64,000 nt of DNA from an uncultured bacterium. GTDB taxonomy: Bacteria > Babelota > Babeliae > Babelales > Babelaceae. Made by a program: the position numbers and the translations under genes. Location of the stretch: assembly GCA_963819815.1 (NCBI GenBank), contig CAWFXL010000001.1:416001-480000 (forward strand). Reading direction: 5' to 3'. The notes under the pieces are model-generated. The model worked only from the letters and a program-made list of their open reading frames with translations. It ran no database searches and had not been told where the DNA came from. Shown here piece by piece: positions 1 to 10,170 of this stretch. The stretch's first letter is position 1; each line of letters starts with the position of its first letter.

Positions 1-721
1 TCACATTACTCCCTTGCATCTTGCGGCTCAGTACGCTTCTTTAGAGCTTATAAAGATGCTTATCGATAGGATTGCAAACGTTAAAGCTAAAACAAGGAAA
101 GGTTGGACTGCACTTCACGTAGCTGCTTGGGCAGGTAGAACAGACGTAGTTACTGTATTGCTCGATAGTGATGCAGCACTGCTTGACATGCAATCTCATG
201 CAAGACATACGGCCCTTCATTTTGCTGCCCGAGGAGGTCACGTCGAAACAGTAGAAGTACTTCTTAAGAAAGGCGCCGACATCGAAGCAGCTACGGCAAG
301 AGGTCGTACGCCTCTCTACGTTGCAGCTAGTAATGATCAAGTAGAGACGATCAAGATACTTCTTCAACATAATGCTCAAATTAGCGAAGAAACTTTACGG
401 GGGCGCACGGCACTTCACGTTGCTGCTGGTAGAGGTCGAGAAGGAGCATTAAGAGAACTACTTGACCATAGAGCTTCACTCGAAGCTTCCACTAAGCAAG
501 GTTGGACTGCGCTCCATTGTGCTGCTAAGGGTGGACACCAGGGAGCGCTTGCTTTGCTTCTTAAAAGGGGAGCGCGCCTTGAAGCTCAAACTCATAGGGG
601 ATATACACCACTGCAAATTGCCAAGCAACAGATGAATTATGATGTCGTAAACTTACTTACTACAGAGGAGAAAGTCCGTTTCTTAGCTGCAAATCGGTAC
701 CGTAACCCAAAAATGCAGTAA
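1..721 (+). CDS. Ankyrin repeat protein, 5'-partial (frame open from window start)
   Basis: About 7 tandem 33-aa G-x-T-(A/P)-L-H-x-A-A repeats; frame is open upstream of the called start (HITPLHLAA from nt 2). Confidence 0.93.
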   Translation, partial: HITPLHLAAQYASLELIKMLIDRIANVKAKTRKGWTALHVAAWAGRTDVVTVLLDSDAALLDMQSHARHTALHFAARGGHVETVEVLLKKGADIEAATARGRTPLYVAASNDQVETIKILLQHNAQISEETLRGRTALHVAAGRGREGALRELLDHRASLEASTKQGWTALHCAAKGGHQGALALLLKRGARLEAQTHRGYTPLQIAKQQMNYDVVNLLTTEEKVRFLAANRYRNPKMQ

Positions 722-878
722 TGGGCGAAGGAAGAGGCATTGATCTTATCAAATACAGTTCACCTATTATGAATGTCCCACCGATAGTAGGGCACCTTCG
801 ATATCCTTGATAGACTAACTTGTTAGCTCCGCACTACAAAGCGCTCTCTACGAAGAAATGAGATGCAGCATGATTTTC

Positions 879-908
879 TTGACTTTTCCGTCCTGCACCT
901 ATTAGAAT
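879..908 (+). promoter_or_regulatory. sigma70-like promoter of the 67-aa gene
   Basis: TTGACT-18 bp-TAGAAT upstream of AAGG and ATG at 976. Confidence 0.55.
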
Positions 909-975
909 TTGTGGGCAAGTGGTACCAATTGGTCAAAGAGTTTCAAACATCTTATACTAAAAAAGGCGTGTAAAC

Positions 976-1179
976 ATGGCATATAGTGTTAAATCCAAGA
1001 AAAGCGGTAAAACTTATTTCCTCCATTCTAAAGAGGTCACTCTAGCTGGAGGTCGAAAACAATGGATCTTCTACTTTGCAGGAGAACAAGCGAAAGAGGC
1101 TATTGATGAACTTCCTAAAGGATACGAAGTTACAGAAAATAGCCGAACTGGCCTTCCTATGCTGAAGAAAAAGAAATAG
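976..1179 (+). CDS. Small basic conserved hypothetical protein
   Basis: Promoter and RBS present; Lys-rich; YFLHSKEVTL.GGRKQ.I.YF...LP.GYEV.EN.RTGLP pattern resembles an uncharacterised family I recall from other prokaryotes. Confidence 0.8.
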   Translation: MAYSVKSKKSGKTYFLHSKEVTLAGGRKQWIFYFAGEQAKEAIDELPKGYEVTENSRTGLPMLKKKK

Positions 1180-1313
1180 TACGCTCAAAAATATAATCGT
1201 CTATTGACTATACGTTATGGACCGACACAAGCTCATGATGAAGATCAAAAGCATGGATGCAAACTAGAGCATAAAAAAGAAGCTCTCAATGTGCACTGCA
1301 AAAAACGAGAAAA

Positions 1314-1347
1314 GCAGGGTGCCTATCTCTAAAGATAGGCACCCTGC
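1314..1347. terminator. Perfect 15-bp stem hairpin between convergent genes
   Basis: gcagggtgcctatct-ctaa-agataggcaccctgc; followed by TTTT on the minus strand. Confidence 0.75.
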
Positions 1348-1487
1348 AATTGTATAGAACTTCTTCTTCTGAAATGCTTGCGCAAGTTTCATAAGAGTTT
1401 CCATCGTATATCCCGAAACCTCAGCATGTACTCAAATTGGGGGTTACTACTTGCATTCAGTTCATATAAAGCGGGAATAGATTCTTA

Positions 1488-1796
1488 TTATTCACCTTGA
1501 CTATATGAAGATGGGCTTGATTCTTGTTCATATGCTCGCTGTGCAAGGCCTTGACGCACTACAGGACGACCCACAACGGCTCCTCTACGTACGCCAACAG
1601 CTCCCCTACCGACACCAACGGCTCCTCTGCCGATGCCAACGCCTCTTCCTACTCCAACACCTCTTCCTACTCCAACACCTCTTCCTACTCCAACACCACC
1701 GACACCGGCCCTACCACCCCTCATGGCTGAGCTTTCCTGTGATACAAAGAGTGGCATAGACAAGGCTATAAGAATAAGTAATTTAGATATGTTCAT
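1488..1796 (-). CDS. Secreted Gly/Val/Arg-rich low-complexity repeat protein
   Basis: GGAGG RBS; signal peptide MNISKLLILIALSMPLFVSQESSA; GVGRGV repeats encoded by 18-bp tandem units near 1640-1700. Confidence 0.75.
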   Translation of the reverse strand: MNISKLLILIALSMPLFVSQESSAMRGGRAGVGGVGVGRGVGVGRGVGVGRGVGIGRGAVGVGRGAVGVRRGAVVGRPVVRQGLAQRAYEQESSPSSYSQGE

Positions 1797-2445
1797 GTGA
1801 ACCTCCAGTTTATTGATATTATCATTGTTATTACTTTTCTAATTGTAACAAAAACAATAGAGGAAAAGCAATAGTTTTTTAGTATAAAGGTAGAAAAAGG
1901 GGGGCATTTTGCGTGGCTAACCCAAATAGTGCGATTCTTAGCAAACATTCACTGTTTCCAAAAAATTCAGGTGTCTGTCTGTTATGGAGTCACAAAAAAC
2001 CAATACGCGCAAGGTAAATGCGTCTCAATCAATAATCTTTACAGGCGGTTTATAGTTTTGCGGAACACCATTAAAACATCTTAAATGCCTTAGGAATTAT
2101 TGCACCATGTATGTACTATCATAAGATCTTGTAGAGGAGAAACATTGGCAGCTTTTCTAAAAAAAGGTTTGTAGGCAAACCTCTATTATTCCAGGCAGTT
2201 ATAAGAGCGGCTCTTGCAGCAGGATCAATTTGAATATCTGGACCTTTAAGACCATATCCCCTCACATCAACTTTTCTCGTGCTTCTGAATGTTCAATGCA
2301 ATAGCCCGTTTATGACTTGCAATAGTTTTGAAAAATAGAACTCTCCCGGTATCTCAATGAAAAGTAAAATTTGATGCCTTCTAAATTCCTTGGTAGGGTA
2401 GCTTGGATAGATTACACAAATACACCTTCACATAAGGGCGCATAT

Positions 2446-5400
2446 ATGAAACTTAGGAATTATCTTTTTCTGTGTATTTTTTCTGGCGAAATGCTTGAAG
2501 GTGCAAGCGCGATAAAAAAATCTATAGCAATTATAGAAACTACTCTTTGCGCAAGGAGTGCTGAAGGAACAATGCTTCTGCTAGATCCTTCTTGGATTCA
2601 AGAATCGAATTATGTCGCAAACCTTGTCCGCGAGAATCCTGCGCTGGGGAGCGACAACATGCCCTTAATGATGCCCTTGAGTTTTGCGCAGCTTGAGGAG
2701 CTTAATGCTTACGTGATCAGCATTAAAGAAGGCAATACAAAACAATTCAAAAAAAAGCTTATGAATAGTATCTCAGGTAGCGATCGCACCATAACCTTTA
2801 TGCATTCAAAGGTTCGAGAATTGCATGAACTTTTCAAAGCAACAAAACAGATGGAACTTAAAAAGCTCCAACCGTTAGTGCTTGCAGCTTTTCTCTTTCT
2901 CCTAAAAACGGATGCTGTTTTAAACGCTTTTGCAGTGAATCCGCTGCTTGTGAAAGAGCTCGACCTACCATCTGAAGTAGGACAATCTTTAGTTAAACTA
3001 GTATCTGATGAAGATCAAGAATTTTTGCGAGCACAGCTTTGCATTACTTACACGTGCCAAAGGCAACCAACCTGCGCGTCTCTGAGTGAAGACGGCACGC
3101 TTGCATGCGTAGCAGGGCCCTATAAAACCAATACGAGTTTTATCGAAGTTTTTAACACGATGGATGGTGAACCAGTAAGTAATAGGGTGGTTGATTACAA
3201 AATAAAAGGAATCGAATTTTGCCATGGTAACCAGCTTATTTCGTGGGGCAAAACAACGATCGATCTCTGGGACACCTTTACTCATACAAAAAATACCCCT
3301 GATGGCTGGGAAGAGCTTTTAAAAGAAACGAAAAAAATCTGGGGAATCGCACTAAGCAAGAATAAAAAGAACCTCGCGGTAGTACTTGATGATAAAGTCC
3401 TTGTGCTCGCCATTCCACGAGCTCATTCAGATGAATCTTCGGAAGAAAAGTCTGATGATTCTTCTGAGGAAATTAAACCCAAAATACTTATAGCACCAGC
3501 GATGCATAGAAGAGAGAATAAAAAAAATAGTTATTCACGCGTTATTTTTGGAAATGATGATCAAACACTCATCGAAATTCGACCAGGTGGCGATCTTATT
3601 TTTTACCGATGGGAAAAGGAGAAAGTGATAGCATTTAAAAAAGGTTCTGGTACTGAGGTCGCTCGCTTCTATACCAATGGGTCAAAAGTTATTATTATCA
3701 CACAGGCACATGAAGTCCGCGTCTGGGACTGCCAACAAGAAGCAGTTGAACCACAAAATGAAGGTAAATTACCCAACACCGCACGTGATTATGTTTCAAA
3801 TGACCAGTTTATAGAGTTTGAAAAGCATCACACAAAGGTTTTTTGTGACACAGGTAGTACTGAGTTTATGGATAAACTCGTGTTCCTTACAGGTTCAGTA
3901 GTACCTGCTTCAATAATCGTACATGGTGGAGTACCAGGGCTACAACAAAATGATAGAAGCGATGAAAAACTTCAGATGTTAGCACTACCGCCTCACCTGA
4001 CCTTGCAAGGAGCCTGCGCAAGCCCTCAAGGAAAAGTGTTTCTGGGAATAACCACTCAAGGACTCGTCAAAGTGTGGCATGTTAATAATCCTGCCATAAC
4101 AGCCTTTCTTTCGTCTAGTATGCCTCTTGCGCACGCGCTTTTCATTCAATATCTCGCCAACTCATATAAAATTCCGTCGACTCATCGCAGTGATTTTTTA
4201 AAGGCGGATCATCTGAGAATAATTTTTGAGAAATGCGAAACCACGTTTCAGAAACTTATTTCAACTATGATTCAGAGACAACTGAGCGGGATAGAAGATA
4301 TCGTTCCTCAATCACCACGAGGCCAAAAACATGATATACAATACGCATCAAGTTCAGCAAGTACCAGCGATACTGTCCCCAAAGCTTCATTACTTTCTCG
4401 CATAAAACTTGCAAGAAGTTCTTCATCACCCGCAGCAAATACTTCCCCTCAATCCTCCCCACAACACTCTCCGCGTAGCGCAAAACAAGCCATTATTGCG
4501 GCCTTAAAACTTCCACAAATATCCTCAATACGAAACGACGGAGATTCACCTAGAAGAAGAGCATCACATGACGCAACATCAGCTCTTACACCTCGTGGAG
4601 CACAACTTCTAAAAAGAACCCAAAGTCAATTGCGAGGATCATTACGTCTTGAGATCGGGGAAAAAGAATCCTCAAGCAAAATGCACTTAGGATCACCGCG
4701 CGAGCCACTCTCAGAACGGGGTGCTCAATCTTCACCAAGTTCTGACATGAAAACTTCTGAATCTAGCGTCCCGGAATCACTCACTCCGCAGGAAGTATCC
4801 GCAAGTACTATCGTACAAGCCGTCGCTCTTGAACCTTCACTACTACCACGAGGATCTTCCCAGACATCTACCTTGAGAAAAGAAACTGTTCAGGTCTCCG
4901 TGCAAAATTCTCCAAATGTAGCACCTCAAGTTATGGACGTTAATCCTAAATCGGACGAATCAGATAGTAGTCAATACCACAATGCTGTAGAAGTAAGCAT
5001 ATGGTCAACGACGACGCTTGATGCTTATTCTTCCGCACGAGCGCTCTTCAATAGTGGCTCCTTTGAAAGATCCTACACTTGTTTCTTAGATATTTATAAA
5101 AAAAAATCTGGTAGCAAACTTTATAAGGCATTATCGGCTCATTTTCTGGGCGAGATGACTTTAAGAGGGCGCGGCACTTTGATTAATCCTCCTTTAGCGT
5201 TTACATACTTTGAAAAAGCGGTAAAACAGGATGTTGACAAAGCTCTTCAAGGAGAAAGCTTTGCACGCCTTGGCGAAATGTACTATTACGGGTATGGTGT
5301 TAAGCATTCATTAATGAATGCTTTGTATAACCTAGGTCAACTCGTTACCCAAAAGGCTGCTTCATTACCCGGTGCGGGTTCAGAAGTCACCCAGACAGTA

Positions 5401-6237
5401 TATACTAGCAATGAGGAAGCGCCGTTTAGAAGTAGAATTTCTGCACACTTTCATGTATACCGCGCAAAGTCTAGGGAGTTGAACATGCCGGTTAAGAGCC
5501 TCTGTGACGAAGCGCTCAGGCTCTGCGACGAAGCCATCGCCGCCAAAAGCTCAGACGCTTCATTCGCATGGCTCTATAAAGGGAGACTGCTCATTGCTCA
5601 AGCCAAAGTAACTGACTCGTATGAAAATTCTAATAAGGCATGGCGTTGCCTTTTGAAAGCAGCAGAATCTACCGATGAGTCGATCAAAACGGAAGCGCTC
5701 TATCGCCTTGGTAAATTATCGGTAGCACACTTTAAATCTTCTACACAGGCTAAAGAATATTTTGAAAAAGTCCTCAAATCAAATGAAACTACATGGATAA
5801 GAGCGGCAGCCGAGCTACAGCTAGGCAATCTCGCACATTTTGAAGCAGCAACCAATAAAACCACTTCTTATGCAGCAGCAATTGCTCACTACAAAGAAGC
5901 GATTGAGCAACCTTATAATTTATGGGCTCAAGCTGAAGCGGCTTACCAGATGGCTCGCATTTATGAGCGCTTAGAAGATCAACCTAAGGCTTGGGAGCAA
6001 GTGTTTTTCTATGATAATATGGCAATAGCGGTGGGCGAAGTACTGGGAATACACCATGTCGATGCTCATTTTTCGCTTGCTCGACAATATTTTCGCGGTA
6101 CCCCGGATCTTCCTGTAGACCTTCATGAAGCGTATAAACATTTTATGACAGTGATCCATGAAAGCCACAATCCATCTCAGCTTGAAGAGGCACACAATAG
6201 GGTAAAAGTGCTTATGAAGCAAGCTTCAACGAAATAA
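2446..6237 (+). CDS. Large secreted protein: Skp1/BTB-like N-terminus, divergent beta-propeller, Ser/Pro/Arg-rich linker, Sel1/TPR C-terminus
   Basis: Start reassigned to ATG 2446 by alignment with paralog 35172-39869 (MKLRNYLFLCI vs MSLRHYFFLCI); WD-like IDLWD/VRVWD/VKVWH; Sel1 motif LGEMYYYGYGV. Confidence 0.85.
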   Translation: MKLRNYLFLCIFSGEMLEGASAIKKSIAIIETTLCARSAEGTMLLLDPSWIQESNYVANLVRENPALGSDNMPLMMPLSFAQLEELNAYVISIKEGNTKQFKKKLMNSISGSDRTITFMHSKVRELHELFKATKQMELKKLQPLVLAAFLFLLKTDAVLNAFAVNPLLVKELDLPSEVGQSLVKLVSDEDQEFLRAQLCITYTCQRQPTCASLSEDGTLACVAGPYKTNTSFIEVFNTMDGEPVSNRVVDYKIKGIEFCHGNQLISWGKTTIDLWDTFTHTKNTPDGWEELLKETKKIWGIALSKNKKNLAVVLDDKVLVLAIPRAHSDESSEEKSDDSSEEIKPKILIAPAMHRRENKKNSYSRVIFGNDDQTLIEIRPGGDLIFYRWEKEKVIAFKKGSGTEVARFYTNGSKVIIITQAHEVRVWDCQQEAVEPQNEGKLPNTARDYVSNDQFIEFEKHHTKVFCDTGSTEFMDKLVFLTGSVVPASIIVHGGVPGLQQNDRSDEKLQMLALPPHLTLQGACASPQGKVFLGITTQGLVKVWHVNNPAITAFLSSSMPLAHALFIQYLANSYKIPSTHRSDFLKADHLRIIFEKCETTFQKLISTMIQRQLSGIEDIVPQSPRGQKHDIQYASSSASTSDTVPKASLLSRIKLARSSSSPAANTSPQSSPQHSPRSAKQAIIAALKLPQISSIRNDGDSPRRRASHDATSALTPRGAQLLKRTQSQLRGSLRLEIGEKESSSKMHLGSPREPLSERGAQSSPSSDMKTSESSVPESLTPQEVSASTIVQAVALEPSLLPRGSSQTSTLRKETVQVSVQNSPNVAPQVMDVNPKSDESDSSQYHNAVEVSIWSTTTLDAYSSARALFNSGSFERSYTCFLDIYKKKSGSKLYKALSAHFLGEMTLRGRGTLINPPLAFTYFEKAVKQDVDKALQGESFARLGEMYYYGYGVKHSLMNALYNLGQLVTQKAASLPGAGSEVTQTVYTSNEEAPFRSRISAHFHVYRAKSRELNMPVKSLCDEALRLCDEAIAAKSSDASFAWLYKGRLLIAQAKVTDSYENSNKAWRCLLKAAESTDESIKTEALYRLGKLSVAHFKSSTQAKEYFEKVLKSNETTWIRAAAELQLGNLAHFEAATNKTTSYAAAIAHYKEAIEQPYNLWAQAEAAYQMARIYERLEDQPKAWEQVFFYDNMAIAVGEVLGIHHVDAHFSLARQYFRGTPDLPVDLHEAYKHFMTVIHESHNPSQLEEAHNRVKVLMKQASTK

Positions 6238-6429
6238 ATGCTTAGGGAGGAACGGAAAACCAAAACTTACATGAACCTCTCTAACGCAAGGGAAACTACG
6301 AAGATGAAATACACAAGATTATCGGCTTGACTACGCCAGGAAATCGCAACGTTTTACTTTTTTTAAGATGATAGTATAGTAAAAACGTAAAATTATTTTA
6401 ACTTTGAATAAGACACGAGTAGCGTTATT

Positions 6430-7407
6430 ATGAAGAAAACCAGCGTATACATGTTTAGTTTATTACTGAGCATCACCTCTGCCCAAACCTATTGCTCTTC
6501 ATCTTCAATGGCTTCAAATGATGTTAAAGTCTCACAGGAGACATTACTTGAATATGCAAAGCGGGTTGAAACAGATTCACCAGAAAGGGTAGTCGAGTTA
6601 CTTAAGAAAGGAGCTTCGATAAATGCTAAAGATCCGTTAGGAAAAACCGCACTCCATTATTTTGCCCAAAAAGGTTTTGATAGTTGCGTGCACACACTTG
6701 TACGTGAAAAAAAGATTGATTTAGATGCGGTTGATAACCGTCTTTGGACTCCACTTCATTATGCTGCGGCGGGCTCCCATCTTGCCATTGTTAGACAACT
6801 TGTAAACAAGCGTGCTCAATGCGATGCCGCAACTAATGAAGGGAAAATTCCATTAGAGCTCGTTCCTGAATATGAAACTCTCCCTGATGAAATATTAGAG
6901 GCTACCGAAGATGCAATTCAGGAAATCGATCCTGACTTTTCTCAACCTGCACAATGCTTATTTCTTCTTTTTCGAGGCCTTGTTGATACAAGATCAAAAA
7001 ATAGTAAAGTAGCGCGAGGAAGGGTTATGTTGCATTATGCTGTTGAACTTCTTAATCCCGAGTTTGTTAAGATCATTTTACAGCCAGACCCTCCCATGTC
7101 AGCATCTTTTTCAAATGCCCCAGAAAATAGAGACTTCATTCATAGGGCCGCAATGGCCTCTTCAACTAAGTTATATTATTCTTTAAAGGATGAAGATGAG
7201 ATGACTCCATTACATCTCTTGGCTAAAAAGTTTCCCCAAGAAGTTGCGTTTGCTATACTAAACCACGGTCAGAATAACGTAAGATTTCCAAATCTCCGAT
7301 CAAAGCTCGTATATCGTCGTTTTAAGATTTTATTAGCCAAATCAAGCTTAAGTGCAAACAAACTAATTGCAGACCTTAGGGAAAAGGTACCGTCATTAGC
7401 GCTCTAG
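6430..7407 (+). CDS. Secreted ankyrin repeat protein
   Basis: Signal peptide; GKTALHYFA, LWTPLHYAA, EMTPLHLLA. Confidence 0.88.
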   Translation: MKKTSVYMFSLLLSITSAQTYCSSSSMASNDVKVSQETLLEYAKRVETDSPERVVELLKKGASINAKDPLGKTALHYFAQKGFDSCVHTLVREKKIDLDAVDNRLWTPLHYAAAGSHLAIVRQLVNKRAQCDAATNEGKIPLELVPEYETLPDEILEATEDAIQEIDPDFSQPAQCLFLLFRGLVDTRSKNSKVARGRVMLHYAVELLNPEFVKIILQPDPPMSASFSNAPENRDFIHRAAMASSTKLYYSLKDEDEMTPLHLLAKKFPQEVAFAILNHGQNNVRFPNLRSKLVYRRFKILLAKSSLSANKLIADLREKVPSLAL

Positions 7408-7571
7408 TAATAATGCACAGTGAGGTTGAATTGTTTGATCAAGAGCCAAACTACCCGAAGGCATCCAGGAGCTACTTTATAGCTTACAGATAAATTCTGT
7501 AGTGAGATCTAGCGCTGGGTTAATAAGGACTCGAGAGGTGAAGGTATCCTAATTTACGAAGGAGCTTAAGG

Positions 7572-7919
7572 ATGAACATAAATCATGCGGCACGGGCTGA
7601 CGAATATTACACTCTTGTAGGAGAAAAAAATGCTGAAGGAATCAAAAAATACTTTGATCCTGAGGTGCAATTTCAGAGCCCCCTGGCAACTTTAAAGGGG
7701 AAAGACGCTGTGATAGAGGCAACGTGCAATTTTATGCACTCCTTCAAGTCACTTAAGATACGTGCTAAATTTGGCGCAGGAGACCAAGCGATGATCGTTT
7801 ACGATACGGATATCCCAGGAATAGCAAAAAGCTTTCCCGGTGCTTCCTTACTCACTTTTCGCGATGGTCTAATCATAAAGATTGAACTGTTTTTCGATGC
7901 AAGCCGCTTCGTAGAATAG
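7572..7919 (+). CDS. SnoaL-like/NTF2 family protein
   Basis: 115 aa; FDPEVQFQSP..TLKGKDAV and C-terminal FRDGLIIKIELFFD; AAGGAG RBS; no signal peptide. Confidence 0.85.
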   Translation: MNINHAARADEYYTLVGEKNAEGIKKYFDPEVQFQSPLATLKGKDAVIEATCNFMHSFKSLKIRAKFGAGDQAMIVYDTDIPGIAKSFPGASLLTFRDGLIIKIELFFDASRFVE

Positions 7920-8219
7920 AAAGCAGGTTCCTGAGGCACTGTAGTAGTCCTGAAAAGAGGACCTCTACAAGTTTTTGGGGCTCGGAGTCCAGCAAGACCT
8001 ATCAAATTGACCGTCAGCAAAGGTGTAGTAACAGCTAGACGTACCTCTATGCGTATTGTTCTTCTTTATAGATTTATTAACAAGAGCCATATATTCCTTA
8101 AGCTTCCGATAGTGAGATCATTTGCAGGATTCAAAAAAGGGGGGGCGCTTGAGTTATTATGCAATTCTGGTACAATTAGAAAATAATTGATAATTACTCT
8201 TTAAAAAGGATACCCTACC

Positions 8220-9059
8220 ATGAAAATACAGGTACTCTGTGCTGCCATTCTAATGAATTGCGCGCTCTACGCCGGACATGTTGTAATCTCAAACCAATCC
8301 GATCTTCCATGCATGGTTTTTCTACCCGATCAACCAGGATCAAATGCAGTAATGATACCATCAACCGAAGATTCGTCTCCTCTTACAACAAAAATGGGGC
8401 GAAGCAATCTTTTCCTTTCGAGTGCTCTATTGGGTACCAAGGCAATACAAGTAACAAGATCAGGGATTGAAGTGTGGGATTACAATCTTAATCATCCAGC
8501 AATAATCTCCCGTACTCAAGAACAGTTTTCAGACCTTCATATTGTCATCGATCCGGTTGGACAGATTTCAGTATACAATGGAAGTTTACTTGTTCAAGAG
8601 TATGAAAAAACAGAAAATGCTCAAAAGGAATTCTTGAAGGCACTTAATCAAAATGACTTTAATCAAGCTCGGTATTGGATCACGCAGGGAGCTGACATTA
8701 ATAGGGTGAATGAGGAAGGTAATACTCCCTTGTTGCACTATGTCCGTCAAAATCCTGCCCTTTGTGGAGATATTATGAAGTTTCTCATAAACTGTGGCGC
8801 TAATGTAAATGCTCAATCTCGTTCGGGCTATACTGCACTCTTGTATTGTATTGTTTTAAACTCAGGGTGGCACAAAAGTATTATAGGCGACATAATTACT
8901 TTACTCCTCAACAAAGGAGCCGATCCCACTATTAGAAACAACGAAGGCATATCAGCACGAAGTTTCATAACCAATCCGCCAGCAGGTAGACTACAGCTGC
9001 GCGATGAAGATAAACAATATCTTATCCAACGTTTTGGTCGTCAACTTGGAATTGCATAA
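8220..9059 (+). CDS. Secreted protein with N-terminal beta domain and C-terminal ankyrin repeats
   Basis: Signal peptide; GADINRVNEEGNTPL, GANVNAQSRSGYTAL, GADPTIRNNEG; promoter TTGAGT/TGgTACAAT near 8149-8176. Confidence 0.88.
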   Translation: MKIQVLCAAILMNCALYAGHVVISNQSDLPCMVFLPDQPGSNAVMIPSTEDSSPLTTKMGRSNLFLSSALLGTKAIQVTRSGIEVWDYNLNHPAIISRTQEQFSDLHIVIDPVGQISVYNGSLLVQEYEKTENAQKEFLKALNQNDFNQARYWITQGADINRVNEEGNTPLLHYVRQNPALCGDIMKFLINCGANVNAQSRSGYTALLYCIVLNSGWHKSIIGDIITLLLNKGADPTIRNNEGISARSFITNPPAGRLQLRDEDKQYLIQRFGRQLGIA

Positions 9060-9331
9060 CTCATCATTACTTTCTCAAGAACTTCAAAGAAAAGAGGCTA
9101 CGGTGCGTAGCCTCTTTTGCAATGGATCTGCATGGTACAATAAGTCCCAAACAAGCCACAACCATGACCATGCTCATTCAAATTCCACGTAGAACTCGCC
9201 GCGAGAAGTTTTGAATACAGATTGATCATAGATAATCCAAAGGCTGCCTCTTGAAATAGTAAATTGCAAGTAAAAAAAGCTCTCAACTTTCGGCCTGTTG
9301 CGCTGGCCATCCAAAATGGTATCTTTAAAGC

Positions 9332-9856
9332 ATGGAAAGAAAAAAACAAAAAGTGATCTTAACATATCTGCTGTTTGCCTTTACACAAGCGGCAGGTACA
9401 GTATCTGATATCGAGCGGATTATCGATCGTCCTTTTGACCCGGCAATCCAACTTGGAAAATGGGATCTTATCGAGGCCGTCAATAAGATCAATATATCGA
9501 CAATGGATGCAAATCAAAGACACGTTTTACTCGAGAATTTTTACGAAAGATCTTGCAAGCGGCTTTCTGAGCATTACTTATCACCTTTTAGAGTGACACT
9601 GTCTCATCTGTATAAAGGAGCTCTTGTTTGCTCCCTTTTTTTTACAGGTAAATATATCGTACAAGCAGCAATGCCTGGAAGGTTCGGAATACTGGGGCAA
9701 ACTATTGATGGGTTCTTTGCAAGTGCTTCATTGCTAGCTCTCCTTTACTCGGGTAAAAAAGTATTCGATTTCCAAAGCGAACAGCGTAAGCTCGACGCTG
9801 CGCAAAGAAGGGTTGACTACTTCAAGAATCAAATAGACCTGTATAAAAACCCCTAG
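9332..9856 (+). CDS. Hypothetical exported membrane protein (hydrophobic hairpin plus C-terminal amphipathic helix)
   Basis: Signal-like N-terminus; two hydrophobic segments; similar layout to 25335-25901. Confidence 0.7.
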   Translation: MERKKQKVILTYLLFAFTQAAGTVSDIERIIDRPFDPAIQLGKWDLIEAVNKINISTMDANQRHVLLENFYERSCKRLSEHYLSPFRVTLSHLYKGALVCSLFFTGKYIVQAAMPGRFGILGQTIDGFFASASLLALLYSGKKVFDFQSEQRKLDAAQRRVDYFKNQIDLYKNP

Positions 9857-10170
9857 GGGAAGTACCCATCATGCAGGCCCTTGCAGATTAAAGTTGATAG
9901 AGAAAGCGAGCTGTTTGCTTCTCCTGTAAGCGCGATAAAGTTTTGACAGGCACATTTTTTTAGTCACCCTTACTAAGGCAATTCTTATCTTACTATAAAT
10001 CTACAAGAGGCCTCTAAACATTTTTATGGCTCTTATTCAAGAATGCCATAATCTAGATCATCTAGTAAAAGCTCAGAGAAAAATACGAAAAATAAGCAGG
10101 CTGCTGAATCTGAAATAACCATCTTTTAAAGGAGCCGCAGAAAACTCTGCGCAGCTCAAGGAGTAATAGC

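Noticed and set aside
1505..1759. Plus-strand ORFs overlapping the Gly-rich gene
   Set aside because: Shadow frames of the 18-bp repeat; only the minus frame has an RBS and signal peptide
1990..2300. Broken minus-strand frames (..GYGLKGPDIQIDPAARAALITAWNN..)
   Set aside because: Looks like gene debris but no family recognisable
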